A stretch of 64,000 nt of DNA from a virus. Of this stretch, positions 51,084-61,463 are shown piece by piece. The notes below the pieces were generated by a model, which was not told the origin of the DNA, did not search any database, and worked only from the letters and a program-made list of their open reading frames with translations. A program made the position numbers and the translations under genes. The first letter of the stretch is position 1. The number at the start of each line of letters is the position of its first letter. The stretch lies in the IMG/VR virus record IMGVR_UViG_3300026382_000010, positions 32,001 to 96,000 of that record; one strand, given 5' to 3'.

Positions 51084-51105
51084 TTCTTTTTGAGGTTGTA
51101 TAAAA

Positions 51106-51399
51106 ATGGTTACTATTGCAAATTTAATGGAGAACTTATTTCCAAAGCGTATGCAAAACCTTGTAATTTATGCCAAAACTGAACCTCAAATTCTTACAGA
51201 AAATCCGCGAAAGTCATACGTAATAAGAAATATGAATGAAAATAAGATTGCATTTCTTGGTGGCCCAAATGTAACACCTGAAACTGGATTTCCTCTTCTA
51301 CCCGGTGAAGTACTTTATTTAAATACTGCAGCTGATATTTATGCAGTTGCCGAAGATGAAACAGAAGCAGTTGAACTTCGTGTAATTGTACTATACTAG
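51106..51399 (+). CDS. Small beta-sandwich phage structural protein
   Basis: RKSYVIRN...FLGGPNVT..TGFPLLPGE...IYAV is a pattern common in small phage virion proteins. Confidence 0.55.
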   Translation: MVTIANLMENLFPKRMQNLVIYAKTEPQILTENPRKSYVIRNMNENKIAFLGGPNVTPETGFPLLPGEVLYLNTAADIYAVAEDETEAVELRVIVLY

Positions 51400-51420
51400 A
51401 AACGTAAGGAGGTAGCATGC

Positions 51421-51747
51421 ATGGAAGTTGAAGCGCCAAATATAGTATTAGAAATCAAAATTAATGGAAACGATGTTGAAATACTAACAAATGTTGATCG
51501 CTATACATTAATTGGTATACTCGAAGCATTAAAGCATCAGCTTATAAACGAAACAGATGCAGCTTACGAAAAAGCAACTTCTGATAAATCCGAAACTAAA
51601 AACGCATCCAAAGAAAATAAACCTAATGTAAAACAGGCAATTGAAGGTAAGCCAATTTATGGCGATCCAAATTTATTTAAAGTAGAGAAAGAGATTTCAG
51701 GTCAAATCTGCGATGTTATGAAAAAAATTGAATCCATAATAAAATAA
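51421..51747 (+). CDS. Hypothetical protein
   Basis: 108-aa ORF with AAGGAGGT RBS. Confidence 0.75.
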   Translation: MEVEAPNIVLEIKINGNDVEILTNVDRYTLIGILEALKHQLINETDAAYEKATSDKSETKNASKENKPNVKQAIEGKPIYGDPNLFKVEKEISGQICDVMKKIESIIK

Positions 51748-51786
51748 AAATGCCTTTGGTAAAATTTAAAGGAGGATTCGCAGGAA

Positions 51787-52893
51787 ATGAATTTAATTGC
51801 ATATGGTGGAACATTTGTTTCTGCTAGAGATTTGTATGATAAAATTGTAGCCGCAATTGCAAATGTATTTTCAAAAGAGTGGGATATTACTATAATTGAT
51901 GATTCACATGCAGTTTTACATTCTCGAGGCGAAGGTGGCCTCGATGATATGTACTACATGATTGAGTATAACGGTGGTGAAGATTCTGTTTATATGAAAG
52001 GAATGCAATTTTATGATTTCACAAACAATACTCCTTCAACATATGGGTTAACAAACTTACCTTTCTATGGAATCAAGAAGTTTGACTTATCCGTTTTTCC
52101 AGGATACTTCTGGATATACGGGAATGCAGACTATCTTCATATTTTCTACAGAGGTACAGGATCTTCAGCGGTTCCAGAGTATTTAATTCCAAAACTTATT
52201 ACCATTGGTAAATTCATTCCATCTTATTCACCAGCGGTAACTTGGGTAAATCAAGATGAAATTTTACCTGGAGTTAACGTAACTGTTAAAGTTAATAACG
52301 TAGCAATCTTTGAAGTAAACAGATATGTAACAATATCTGGTTTCAATACCTGGGAAAAGAGTTTAGTTGTAGCTATAGATGAAACAGCTTCTACTATTAC
52401 TCTTGCATCTGTTGTAGAGCATCACCAAACCCTTTACGATGAAAATGGAAACATTGCAAATCCAATTATAATTGGAGAAATGGCTAAACCTTATTTCATT
52501 TTCCAAGACTCCTACTACAAACAAGGAGCAATTATTTGGGCATCTGCAATGGTTTTCCCTAGAATCTCAGGTAGAGCTTTAGGACTTAATGCTAAAGACT
52601 ATGGTACAAATCAGGGTTCAGGCGTTAGAGTAGATGTATTCAAAGCAGTGAGAACTCTTGCTGATGCATCCGCTTTAGATATGCTTAACTACGATAGATA
52701 TCTCTTTGAATATTACCTCTATAAACTAGATGGAGATAACAGAGGATTCTACGGAAAATTACCATATCTATATGCAGTAGGAGCAAATGATATCAACTCT
52801 GAAACTACAATGATTTGTGATAATACATATCTTTATAGATGCTTCTATGTTTATGGACTTGGAATGAGTGCAGTTAGAGAATCTAACGCGTAA
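51787..52893 (+). CDS. Virion structural (tail-fibre-associated) protein
   Basis: VLHSRGEGGLDDMYY motif, AGA-biased Arg codons, strong RBS and a downstream hairpin suggest high expression. Confidence 0.55.
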   Translation: MNLIAYGGTFVSARDLYDKIVAAIANVFSKEWDITIIDDSHAVLHSRGEGGLDDMYYMIEYNGGEDSVYMKGMQFYDFTNNTPSTYGLTNLPFYGIKKFDLSVFPGYFWIYGNADYLHIFYRGTGSSAVPEYLIPKLITIGKFIPSYSPAVTWVNQDEILPGVNVTVKVNNVAIFEVNRYVTISGFNTWEKSLVVAIDETASTITLASVVEHHQTLYDENGNIANPIIIGEMAKPYFIFQDSYYKQGAIIWASAMVFPRISGRALGLNAKDYGTNQGSGVRVDVFKAVRTLADASALDMLNYDRYLFEYYLYKLDGDNRGFYGKLPYLYAVGANDINSETTMICDNTYLYRCFYVYGLGMSAVRESNA

Positions 52894-52896
52894 TTC

Positions 52897-52931
52897 AAGC
52901 CACCCTGGGGATATCCCCAGGGTGGCTTTTT
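52897..52931 (+). terminator. Terminator: 32-bp perfect palindrome followed by a T-tract
   Basis: AAGCCACCCTGGGGATATCCCCAGGGTGGCTT then TTT. Confidence 0.85.
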
Positions 52932-52997
52932 GACTCGCAATTTTCCCAAACATTAACATAGAAAAACTCTATGTTAAAAGGAGTTATAGTGTAGGCA

Positions 52998-55901
52998 ATG
53001 CATGGTGATACAACTTACTTCCAACATGGTTATCCGTATACTCCAGATTTACCACGTATTAAAAAATATCATCCTTTACCAAAAGTTGAAAAATATATAC
53101 GGGGAAAAATTTACCCGTTAACTAGATTTCATGGTATTCCTAATAAGCAGATTACTCATTTTTTTAAGCTTAAAGCGCAGCGTTTAGTTCCTATAAATTC
53201 CAAAACATATCCTCCGCTCAAGATAGGAAAACTTATTTCACTTTGTAACAGACGATACGATCGGCGTTTTACTTTTCCGCATTTATACATGAGTCCTTCG
53301 CTTCCTAACTTTCACAGACTCTTTTCAAGGGTGTATAATGGAGTTATCCAACCTCGTCTAATTTGTGCATTTGTCGATATGAATCTCTTTAAAAAAGTAT
53401 TGCAAGAATTATTTGAACTTTCCGTTGAGTATCAATTTGTATGTATTCCCTATATTTACATTGATTTAGATCGCCCTTGTTTTAAAAGATGTCTCGAACC
53501 TGGACAAAACTCCTACATGATTTTAGATATCTCAGATTTATTTGACTGGATTGTTAGAAACTATAAGGCATTAGTAATCTCTAAAATTGAACGTGATCGT
53601 TTTGAAGCAGAATCAGAGTTGGAAGCATTTGTTGATATTCGTTGTCGTTCTGGTTTAACATATGGAGTAAGAGATCACGTTCCAAAGGGAACTGAATTAG
53701 TATCTGGCCAATTAACTTTTCAATGCGATAACTGTCAAAGTAATATAATCCTTGATGGATATTTTCTTGCTCGTTTATGGGACTTTTTAACTCCACTTGA
53801 TGAAATTGATATTCAACCAACAACACTTGTAAATTATACTAAAGTTTGGTTTTCCAATGAAATTCCCGAGCATGCAGTTTACGCTCCGCGTCTTAAAGAA
53901 AGACTATTTTACAATTCTGATGATAACTTTACACGTTGGTATATTACTAGCATTACTGATTCCTGGTATTATTTTAGAGACAGTACATATATTGCATACA
54001 ATACTAAAAAGAAAACAACTACTCTCCTAGAAATTGGTGAGATTATCGATGAATTCCACAAAGCAAAATTTAGACATGCCTCTCCATTGGCACCTCGAAG
54101 AAAAGAAGATCTCTATGTTGCAAATGCAATATTTACCTTCGATTTTCTCTATTTAAAACATTTGGACTACTATCATAGACGCTATCTATTTACACATGAT
54201 CTTTTTTACCAGCATAGTATTCTCTACATTCATCCAATAATTCTACAAATTCCAATTGTTTTTAAGACAGGTAAAGAAGTTGAATTTGATATGGAATCTG
54301 AGATTTCATTTTATTTTGTAGCTCCGCTAAGTAATGAATTTACTTGTGAATATGGAGTATTTGATGCTGGAACTACAGTTTACACTTCAGAATATGAAGA
54401 TTTAAAACTTGATAGAAAGGTTTTTGAATATAGTGAAATACCTGATAAACATGCTCTATTTCAACAAGTATTTATAACACCAAAAACTCAATACCTACAT
54501 AAACGCTTTCTATTTTCTTGGGATTTCTGGTACAGTAGAACCGATTATAAAAATACACGTTATGTATTTTTATGGGATTTTCCTGATATCAAAAATCGTC
54601 ATGTTACATATTTTATAGACTTACCAGGACCGTCTTATCCTGCATTAGGTTCAATTATTCCATTTCCTAGTACATCTACAAGATATTACAATACACGCTA
54701 TGATAGAATTTTCCAATTCAAGAGAATTTATATAGAGCTTTTTGCTGGAAAACTTTTGACTTTTGAATTTCCATATATTGAAATTCACAAACGTTTATGT
54801 GATTTAAAGTCATACTTTTGGAATATTAATAGAGCATTTACATTTGGAAAAGCTGATTATAAAAACCTAGATCCGATTAAAAGAGCATGGGAAGGTACAT
54901 ACTGTACTGAATCATTTTGGCAACTTTATCTAGAAATATATGCTCCATTTTTAGGATTCTGGGGAACTTACAGAATCAATCAAATTGTTGATTACGTAAA
55001 ACAAAACTATCCACATTGGGGTTGGACTAAGAATCTTCCAAGCGATCCTGATAAAGCATATCAAGAAATTGTAAAGCATATCCCATGGGTTAACGATTGT
55101 TTACCTAGATATTCTCAAGTTAAAAATCTCTTAATTCCTGGTAAAAAAATGTATAAGAATGCTCCTTTATTCTTACCTGGAATGCATGATGAATATTATG
55201 ATGCAACATTTTTCAAAGACGGACGTCCTTTTACATTACATAACTGGAAGCATTTAGATTGGGAAGAAATTTATCACATATGGCCTGATATGGGATTATA
55301 TATTCCAGTGCAACCATTAAGGGGTGGGCTTGGTGGAGGACTTCCGGAATATAAAAAAGGAAATTTAAAAGCATTGTGGTATATCAATTGTCCGTATACT
55401 CCAAGACATTACATTTATAGAAACTTTTTAATTGCTCCCATCTCACCTAGACACTATCTATATCCTATGGGTAAACGTGTTAAAATGTATTGCATCCATC
55501 TTAGAAATATCGTAGTCTACTGGGAGCAAAAGGCATGGTTAATCGATAAATTTCATATGCCTAATTTAGATGAAATTCATGTAAGACAGCATCCTTATCG
55601 TTACACACGTCACACTAGATTCTTTACTGGTACTCGTGATTTTGGAATGTCTACCGTATTGCAATTTAGAAAATTATCTGCAGATACCCAAGAATTGCGA
55701 GTTTCATTACAAAGTAATCGCATATTAAATCCTTGGAAAGATATTGATGATACTAACCTTGAAATGTATAAACTTAAATTAAGCACTGACTATACTTACG
55801 ATTCAAATGCAAAAGATACATTGAATATAGAATTTGATGAACCTCAAGTTCAAGACTTATTTTTAGAATATTATAAACCGGAGTTAGATTCCAATGATTA
55901 G
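52998..55901 (+). CDS. Large aromatic/Pro/His-rich protein, probably baseplate or fibre
   Basis: 967-aa ORF, first gene of a coupled structural operon. Confidence 0.5.
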   Translation: MHGDTTYFQHGYPYTPDLPRIKKYHPLPKVEKYIRGKIYPLTRFHGIPNKQITHFFKLKAQRLVPINSKTYPPLKIGKLISLCNRRYDRRFTFPHLYMSPSLPNFHRLFSRVYNGVIQPRLICAFVDMNLFKKVLQELFELSVEYQFVCIPYIYIDLDRPCFKRCLEPGQNSYMILDISDLFDWIVRNYKALVISKIERDRFEAESELEAFVDIRCRSGLTYGVRDHVPKGTELVSGQLTFQCDNCQSNIILDGYFLARLWDFLTPLDEIDIQPTTLVNYTKVWFSNEIPEHAVYAPRLKERLFYNSDDNFTRWYITSITDSWYYFRDSTYIAYNTKKKTTTLLEIGEIIDEFHKAKFRHASPLAPRRKEDLYVANAIFTFDFLYLKHLDYYHRRYLFTHDLFYQHSILYIHPIILQIPIVFKTGKEVEFDMESEISFYFVAPLSNEFTCEYGVFDAGTTVYTSEYEDLKLDRKVFEYSEIPDKHALFQQVFITPKTQYLHKRFLFSWDFWYSRTDYKNTRYVFLWDFPDIKNRHVTYFIDLPGPSYPALGSIIPFPSTSTRYYNTRYDRIFQFKRIYIELFAGKLLTFEFPYIEIHKRLCDLKSYFWNINRAFTFGKADYKNLDPIKRAWEGTYCTESFWQLYLEIYAPFLGFWGTYRINQIVDYVKQNYPHWGWTKNLPSDPDKAYQEIVKHIPWVNDCLPRYSQVKNLLIPGKKMYKNAPLFLPGMHDEYYDATFFKDGRPFTLHNWKHLDWEEIYHIWPDMGLYIPVQPLRGGLGGGLPEYKKGNLKALWYINCPYTPRHYIYRNFLIAPISPRHYLYPMGKRVKMYCIHLRNIVVYWEQKAWLIDKFHMPNLDEIHVRQHPYRYTRHTRFFTGTRDFGMSTVLQFRKLSADTQELRVSLQSNRILNPWKDIDDTNLEMYKLKLSTDYTYDSNAKDTLNIEFDEPQVQDLFLEYYKPELDSND

Positions 55902-57108
55902 AGCATACTTTACTCAGTATGGGTTAGAAGCAGTTAATCGCTCACTAACTGATGATGACTATCGAATCAAATTTGCAAAAATAAAGTTAAATGCTACTGC
56001 GCATATCACTGATCCGATTATGGAAATTGATTTTAAAGCAACTGATATTCCTGCTCCATCTGTTGAAGGATATGTAAATAAGATTTACTATGACAAGGAT
56101 AATCATGGACTTGTCATTCAAGCAGTAGTACCTAGAGGACAACCTGAGGTTTACGTAAATGGATTTGGAATTTATGATGATGAAGATAATTTGCTAATTA
56201 TAGGAGCATTTCCTTATGTATGGCGTTACCATACATTCTCAAATTTAAACGTATTTGTATTTGTCCCACTCTTTTCCAATATGGAAATTCCTGTTGATAA
56301 AATCTTTATCAATCCCCCAGAAAATTACGTTGTATTGCAGACGCATATCTTTTCAGACTATGCATATAAATGGATTGTGAGACATGCGCTCCTACGTTCC
56401 GACATTGTCTATAAAGTATTTAATGAAAACGATGAAGAAATTATTCCATGGCGTGCAAAATTAAATCCTGGTTATTTAGAGCTTGAATTTGAGCAGCCTA
56501 CTAAAGGAAAAGTTGTTGTTATAGGATATGGAACTGCATGTACTGAAATTCCAAGTAATGATGAAACTGAAAATCCGCCAGATCTATTGTATACTCAACG
56601 TATTCCTGAGTATCCTTACGAATTCCTAATAAAAGATCAACTTCTTACAGAAACTCGCCTGACTTATACTTTAACTTCAGGAAACAAAACTTATTTCCTC
56701 GAGCTACTTAAAAATCTAAACAACGTCGTTACATTTGATAAAATCGAATATTTAAATCTAGCGCGTACTTTAATTTTTGCACCTACGGATAATACAGAGG
56801 CATATTGTATTTTCAGATTTGAAAAACCAATTACTGGTATTAAAAACGTAAAGTTTATTTCAAAGGTTTCAACTGAAGAAAACTTGGTTTATAAAAGTGG
56901 AATTGATTTCAAAGCATATCTTACAGATTCCAATTATGAACCTATAACTGATCCAATTTCATTGAATGCAATTCAGACGGTAGACTCGAATGTAGCATAT
57001 TATGGTTGCAAAATTGCAACAAGTACCAATTGGGTACGTTGCTATGGATTTTCACTTATAATGTCTGACGATACAATTTACGATGAGATTCCAAATGAGG
57101 TTTACTAA
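55894..57108 (+). CDS. Tail-collar fibre protein (DUF3751-like N-terminus)
   Basis: FTQYGLEA...VNGFGIYDDEDNL, plus a WIVRHAL...ELEFEQPTKGKVVV fibre-associated module. Confidence 0.65.
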   Translation: MIRAYFTQYGLEAVNRSLTDDDYRIKFAKIKLNATAHITDPIMEIDFKATDIPAPSVEGYVNKIYYDKDNHGLVIQAVVPRGQPEVYVNGFGIYDDEDNLLIIGAFPYVWRYHTFSNLNVFVFVPLFSNMEIPVDKIFINPPENYVVLQTHIFSDYAYKWIVRHALLRSDIVYKVFNENDEEIIPWRAKLNPGYLELEFEQPTKGKVVVIGYGTACTEIPSNDETENPPDLLYTQRIPEYPYEFLIKDQLLTETRLTYTLTSGNKTYFLELLKNLNNVVTFDKIEYLNLARTLIFAPTDNTEAYCIFRFEKPITGIKNVKFISKVSTEENLVYKSGIDFKAYLTDSNYEPITDPISLNAIQTVDSNVAYYGCKIATSTNWVRCYGFSLIMSDDTIYDEIPNEVY

Positions 57109-58964
57109 TGAAGTTTGGTCCTTGTGATCCTCAAGCTTTAAATAAAAAACAAAAGGTTTATAGAGCTTTCTTCTTAAAACCACAAGATTATAGAAATCTT
57201 GCATTTGATAGACCAGATTATTCTGAACCAGTATTTTCCTATTGCTACAACATTATTGATATCTGTCCTAATATAACCTATGAAATATCAGTCCTCGATT
57301 CAAACTACGTGCATTTTGACTCAAATTGGACGGTTGATACAAACACCAAATGTCTCTACTACAATTTAACTGATTTAGGCTATTTCGAATCTTATACAAT
57401 AACTGGATACATGATGCAGCGATATTTTGAATCTGAATTTCATACAACTACTACATTTATTGACTCGAATGGTTATCTGAATATTTACAACAATAAAACT
57501 CCAGTTATCGATCAATGGTCGTTGCACTACGTTTTTCGCGACTATCAAAAAATACATTTTATAGTGGAAAATTGGGGTTACGAATCGTTTTATACTATAA
57601 TGGAAGCCGGTTCTTGGAGAGTATACTGGAATATTGGAATTAATGGGTTCTCAATCTATTTTGAAAAAGATAGAACTGAGTATTTACAGTTTATCATTGA
57701 CTCCAATATTTCTATTGATGTTGGCCGTTTTGAATTTCTAATTGACAGCACTAGTATAAATCTTGGCATTTACAAGTGGGATGAAGATGAAAAGGAATTT
57801 GATTCAGTAGCCTCCTATCGTTTCAAACGTTGTATTTTAGGAAATGAATCCGTTACGCAACTTTCATTTTCTCTTGCAACATTTGAACCAACTGACAAAT
57901 ATGTGAAAATAAGTCCTATAACGGTTGAAAATAGTCGTATTTACTGTCCAACAAATTTTGATTCAAATGCAGAGTCTATTTCTTTGGACGTAACTATAAA
58001 TATTCCGTTGCAATTAATCTACAATACAAAATCGTCTTCATTGATTTTTTCATCTACTGACTCAGTCAGATTAAGACATGCCGAGCAAATTCTTATTGAT
58101 AATGAAGTATTTACATTAGGGGATATGCTTATTGATTATTACTTTATACCTAAGGATTATAGTATTACAGTTCACTTTAAAGACGTAAAATATGCATTTA
58201 TTGATAAGTTTTACCTAATAAATCATGATTTACCAGGCGTTGAATTTTATTTTGGAAAGTCGACCCCTGATTCAAATATTACTATGGATGAATTTATTAT
58301 TAAAAACGTCTCAGATGAAACCAAATTATTGCTTGCAATAATAACTCCTCTCAAAGATAAATTTTACATGGATGAATTGACAAAAAGTAAATGTGGACGC
58401 TATAAGCTATCTCGTATTACAAATTTTGGACAGTATTTCTTACGTCATGAAATTCTAGGATTAAGTAAACATGAACTTACCAATTTCGCATTTAAATTAA
58501 TTACAGGAACTGACTACTTTAAAAATGCATTCATAAATCAGAATATGGATCTACAATATTTACTTCTTGAGGAAAATACACATGTTGGTTTACTACTTAC
58601 GCCAGATAATGTAGAGTTTTGGAATACTACATTATTTGGTAAAGGAATTCTTTGGGAAATCGTAACGAAACAGTTATTTGAATATTACATTACTTTTCCT
58701 ATTACGATATATGGTGTTGAAGTTTTATATAGATACAATAGAGAGTATAAGGTTGTTGCACGTTCATTTTACAGTAAACCTCAATTAATTCCTCCGGAAA
58801 CCTACTTTACACTTAATTACTTTTTAAAATTTGGACATTATTATTATGACAGTTTAACTACAACTGAATTTAAACCTGAGTTAGACTGCAATGGATATCT
58901 AGATTTACACTATGAAGATGCAGGAGAGCTTTTAATAATTCGCGATGATATTGAATTGAAATAA
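57108..58964 (+). CDS. Putative baseplate / tail-collar structural protein (6 DSN motifs)
   Basis: Beta-rich. The C-terminal TIYGVEV...VVARSF....LIPPETYFTLNYFLKF is tail-collar-like. Confidence 0.5.
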   Translation: MKFGPCDPQALNKKQKVYRAFFLKPQDYRNLAFDRPDYSEPVFSYCYNIIDICPNITYEISVLDSNYVHFDSNWTVDTNTKCLYYNLTDLGYFESYTITGYMMQRYFESEFHTTTTFIDSNGYLNIYNNKTPVIDQWSLHYVFRDYQKIHFIVENWGYESFYTIMEAGSWRVYWNIGINGFSIYFEKDRTEYLQFIIDSNISIDVGRFEFLIDSTSINLGIYKWDEDEKEFDSVASYRFKRCILGNESVTQLSFSLATFEPTDKYVKISPITVENSRIYCPTNFDSNAESISLDVTINIPLQLIYNTKSSSLIFSSTDSVRLRHAEQILIDNEVFTLGDMLIDYYFIPKDYSITVHFKDVKYAFIDKFYLINHDLPGVEFYFGKSTPDSNITMDEFIIKNVSDETKLLLAIITPLKDKFYMDELTKSKCGRYKLSRITNFGQYFLRHEILGLSKHELTNFAFKLITGTDYFKNAFINQNMDLQYLLLEENTHVGLLLTPDNVEFWNTTLFGKGILWEIVTKQLFEYYITFPITIYGVEVLYRYNREYKVVARSFYSKPQLIPPETYFTLNYFLKFGHYYYDSLTTTEFKPELDCNGYLDLHYEDAGELLIIRDDIELK

Positions 58965-61463
58965 GTGGAAAGGGTAGTTGTTTTAGAAATGTATTTTAAA
59001 GAAAGCGAAATTCCCGCATATCAAAAATTTATCACCGGATATAATTACGGCGAATACTTTACAGATTATCTACCAGATTTGATTGATGTTGCAATTTATT
59101 GTGCAGGTAGTCTTTGGAAACATTGGGAAACTCCAGAATATGATGCAAAAGTAGAACCTAGTTATTATACAACAGTCCCATATCGTATTGAGTATCCTTG
59201 GAATCCATGCCATGAAGATTGGTATAATCCAAAAATGTCCTGGGAAGAAGCAATTATCACAGTCTTTCCAAAAACTGACGACTATATATTCAATCAATGC
59301 TACTATCATCCCATAAAATACGAATCAGTATACCGTGAAAGGTTATTTTGGGACGTACCTTACAACTACAATACTGAAGAAAGTAAAAAATGGGATAAAT
59401 ATGTAAATATTGAATACGAAACCTTATCTAGTTTTACCTATAACTTTCTAGTGCCAGATACGCTCAATGTAGATGCAACTTTTGCAAATAATATTGGAAA
59501 ATGCTGTTTTAAGTATATTTCGGATCCAAGTAACTGGACTCCTATCTACGACTCAAATACTAAAACTGACTCAAATGGAAATTATATCGTTACATCAAAT
59601 TCCAAGATTGTCGACTATAATTACAATACCCAGGTTCAGGTTCCAGTTTTTAAAATTGATGTTAGTAAACGACAAAAGCTAGATGAATTTTCAATTACCT
59701 TTACTTTCCATGATATTCAAAGCAAAAACAATGAATTTAAAATTGACAGAAGAGGTATTTCTTATCGTATCTGGGCAGATACTAGTCCATTTAGTGCAGT
59801 AATTCCATTTGAAACTGAAAAGAAATATACAGTTCAATTTGAATACCATTATGACAGTAATTATACTAAGCAGCTATATCTTTATTTACGCGATTCAAAT
59901 AACAATGCTCTTGCATATTCTCTAATTGAAAATCCCAAAAGCGTAACTACATTATCAATTTCTTTTGAAACCGATGATAAACTCAATTATCCACATTTTT
60001 TAAAAGATGACGCCTTATTATTTGAAATAATTGATTGCAGTTTAGAGCCTGAAGTTCATGTGCATCCTAGGATTGAACGCTACGTTCGTCCTATGCGAAT
60101 GGCTGAATTTATGAAATTTGAATTTGAGTTTCTTAACGATGGAAAATACAACCCAAGTCATCTTAGAATTCTTTTTGTGAAATTCTGGAACCAAGGGTTT
60201 ATAACCTATAGAATTTTCTTAGATGGTTTGGATAACTTTCTCGATTTAGAATTTGAGGAAGAAAATGACGAATTTGTTGAAAAGTTTGTCTTAAATATGC
60301 TTCCTAACATTAAAGGAGTGGTTTTCGATAGCAATTTCATTAACAAAATGAAATTTGAATGGCGTATCTTTACAGATATCTACGTTTGGGCATATAATTT
60401 ACCAGTTACAGGTTCAAAGGATAAATATGGTTATCATATTCCAGTAACCACAAATATTAAAAACTGGGTATTAATTGGTTACGATATAGGAGCTGATCGT
60501 TATAATATAACTGACTATTTTGAAGTAAATGTAGGAGATCGTTGCGTTCCTTGGAAGGAAATTAATTTTAGATTGCCATGTCCTGGTTATAAGACACGTG
60601 ATGGACGTTGGCATGATATACCTTGTAATTGCGGTGGAGATATATTTTATAGTTGCTACTCAGTATATACTCGTAAACTATTTACATTCATTCGTCCCAT
60701 TGGTTATAGCCCTCATCTTAACAAAAACGTCATGCGCTTTTTAAAAGTGCTTGCGCAAAGTTTTAACATCAATGTTAAAATACGCCCTAGATACATTAGG
60801 TTACTTAAACAAGCTAGCCCTCCAATTCTTGAGGTAACTAAAAAAGTATATCTGCAACCTAAATACCATACTAAATTTCGAGAAACCTTTGACATTGTAT
60901 TTGCAAATAGATTTGATAAAGCATGGCAATCTGTAAGACGTATTGATTTTATCTACGAGTTTTTATTTGGACATAACACAGTAGGCTTTTACAACAAGTA
61001 TACAGATACATATTATCATTTCAGAGATAGAATTTTGTATACAAAGGACTTTGAAAATCCGATTAATCATACAAAGGTTTATAGACGTTACATACAATAC
61101 TTACCATTGTATATTATCGATGATTTCTCAGTAAGCGAATTCAAAATGTACTCCACGTTAATTCACTTTACTTTCGAAAACATTGAGTATCACTCTAATG
61201 CAAATCTTATACTTGAAGACGTTGTAAAATTACTTGAAGAATATAACTCTAAGTGGAAATCCAAAGAATATCCTCCAAAGTATCCCTATAAATGTCCCGG
61301 TATTTCCTATCATGTCCCACCATCAATAAATCGAGAACTTGCATTTAAATGGCCAAATGTACCATTTTCTCCTCAAATGTATGATAACTACTACTTTATT
61401 CCAGAAAATGAAAATTACTTTGCAAACATAATAACTCCATACCCTTCGGAGTATTCTGAATGA
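58965..61463 (+). CDS. Putative virion structural protein (5 DSN motifs, Cys-rich loop)
   Basis: 832-aa ORF abutting the previous stop codon. Confidence 0.5.
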   Translation: MERVVVLEMYFKESEIPAYQKFITGYNYGEYFTDYLPDLIDVAIYCAGSLWKHWETPEYDAKVEPSYYTTVPYRIEYPWNPCHEDWYNPKMSWEEAIITVFPKTDDYIFNQCYYHPIKYESVYRERLFWDVPYNYNTEESKKWDKYVNIEYETLSSFTYNFLVPDTLNVDATFANNIGKCCFKYISDPSNWTPIYDSNTKTDSNGNYIVTSNSKIVDYNYNTQVQVPVFKIDVSKRQKLDEFSITFTFHDIQSKNNEFKIDRRGISYRIWADTSPFSAVIPFETEKKYTVQFEYHYDSNYTKQLYLYLRDSNNNALAYSLIENPKSVTTLSISFETDDKLNYPHFLKDDALLFEIIDCSLEPEVHVHPRIERYVRPMRMAEFMKFEFEFLNDGKYNPSHLRILFVKFWNQGFITYRIFLDGLDNFLDLEFEEENDEFVEKFVLNMLPNIKGVVFDSNFINKMKFEWRIFTDIYVWAYNLPVTGSKDKYGYHIPVTTNIKNWVLIGYDIGADRYNITDYFEVNVGDRCVPWKEINFRLPCPGYKTRDGRWHDIPCNCGGDIFYSCYSVYTRKLFTFIRPIGYSPHLNKNVMRFLKVLAQSFNINVKIRPRYIRLLKQASPPILEVTKKVYLQPKYHTKFRETFDIVFANRFDKAWQSVRRIDFIYEFLFGHNTVGFYNKYTDTYYHFRDRILYTKDFENPINHTKVYRRYIQYLPLYIIDDFSVSEFKMYSTLIHFTFENIEYHSNANLILEDVVKLLEEYNSKWKSKEYPPKYPYKCPGISYHVPPSINRELAFKWPNVPFSPQMYDNYYFIPENENYFANIITPYPSEYSE

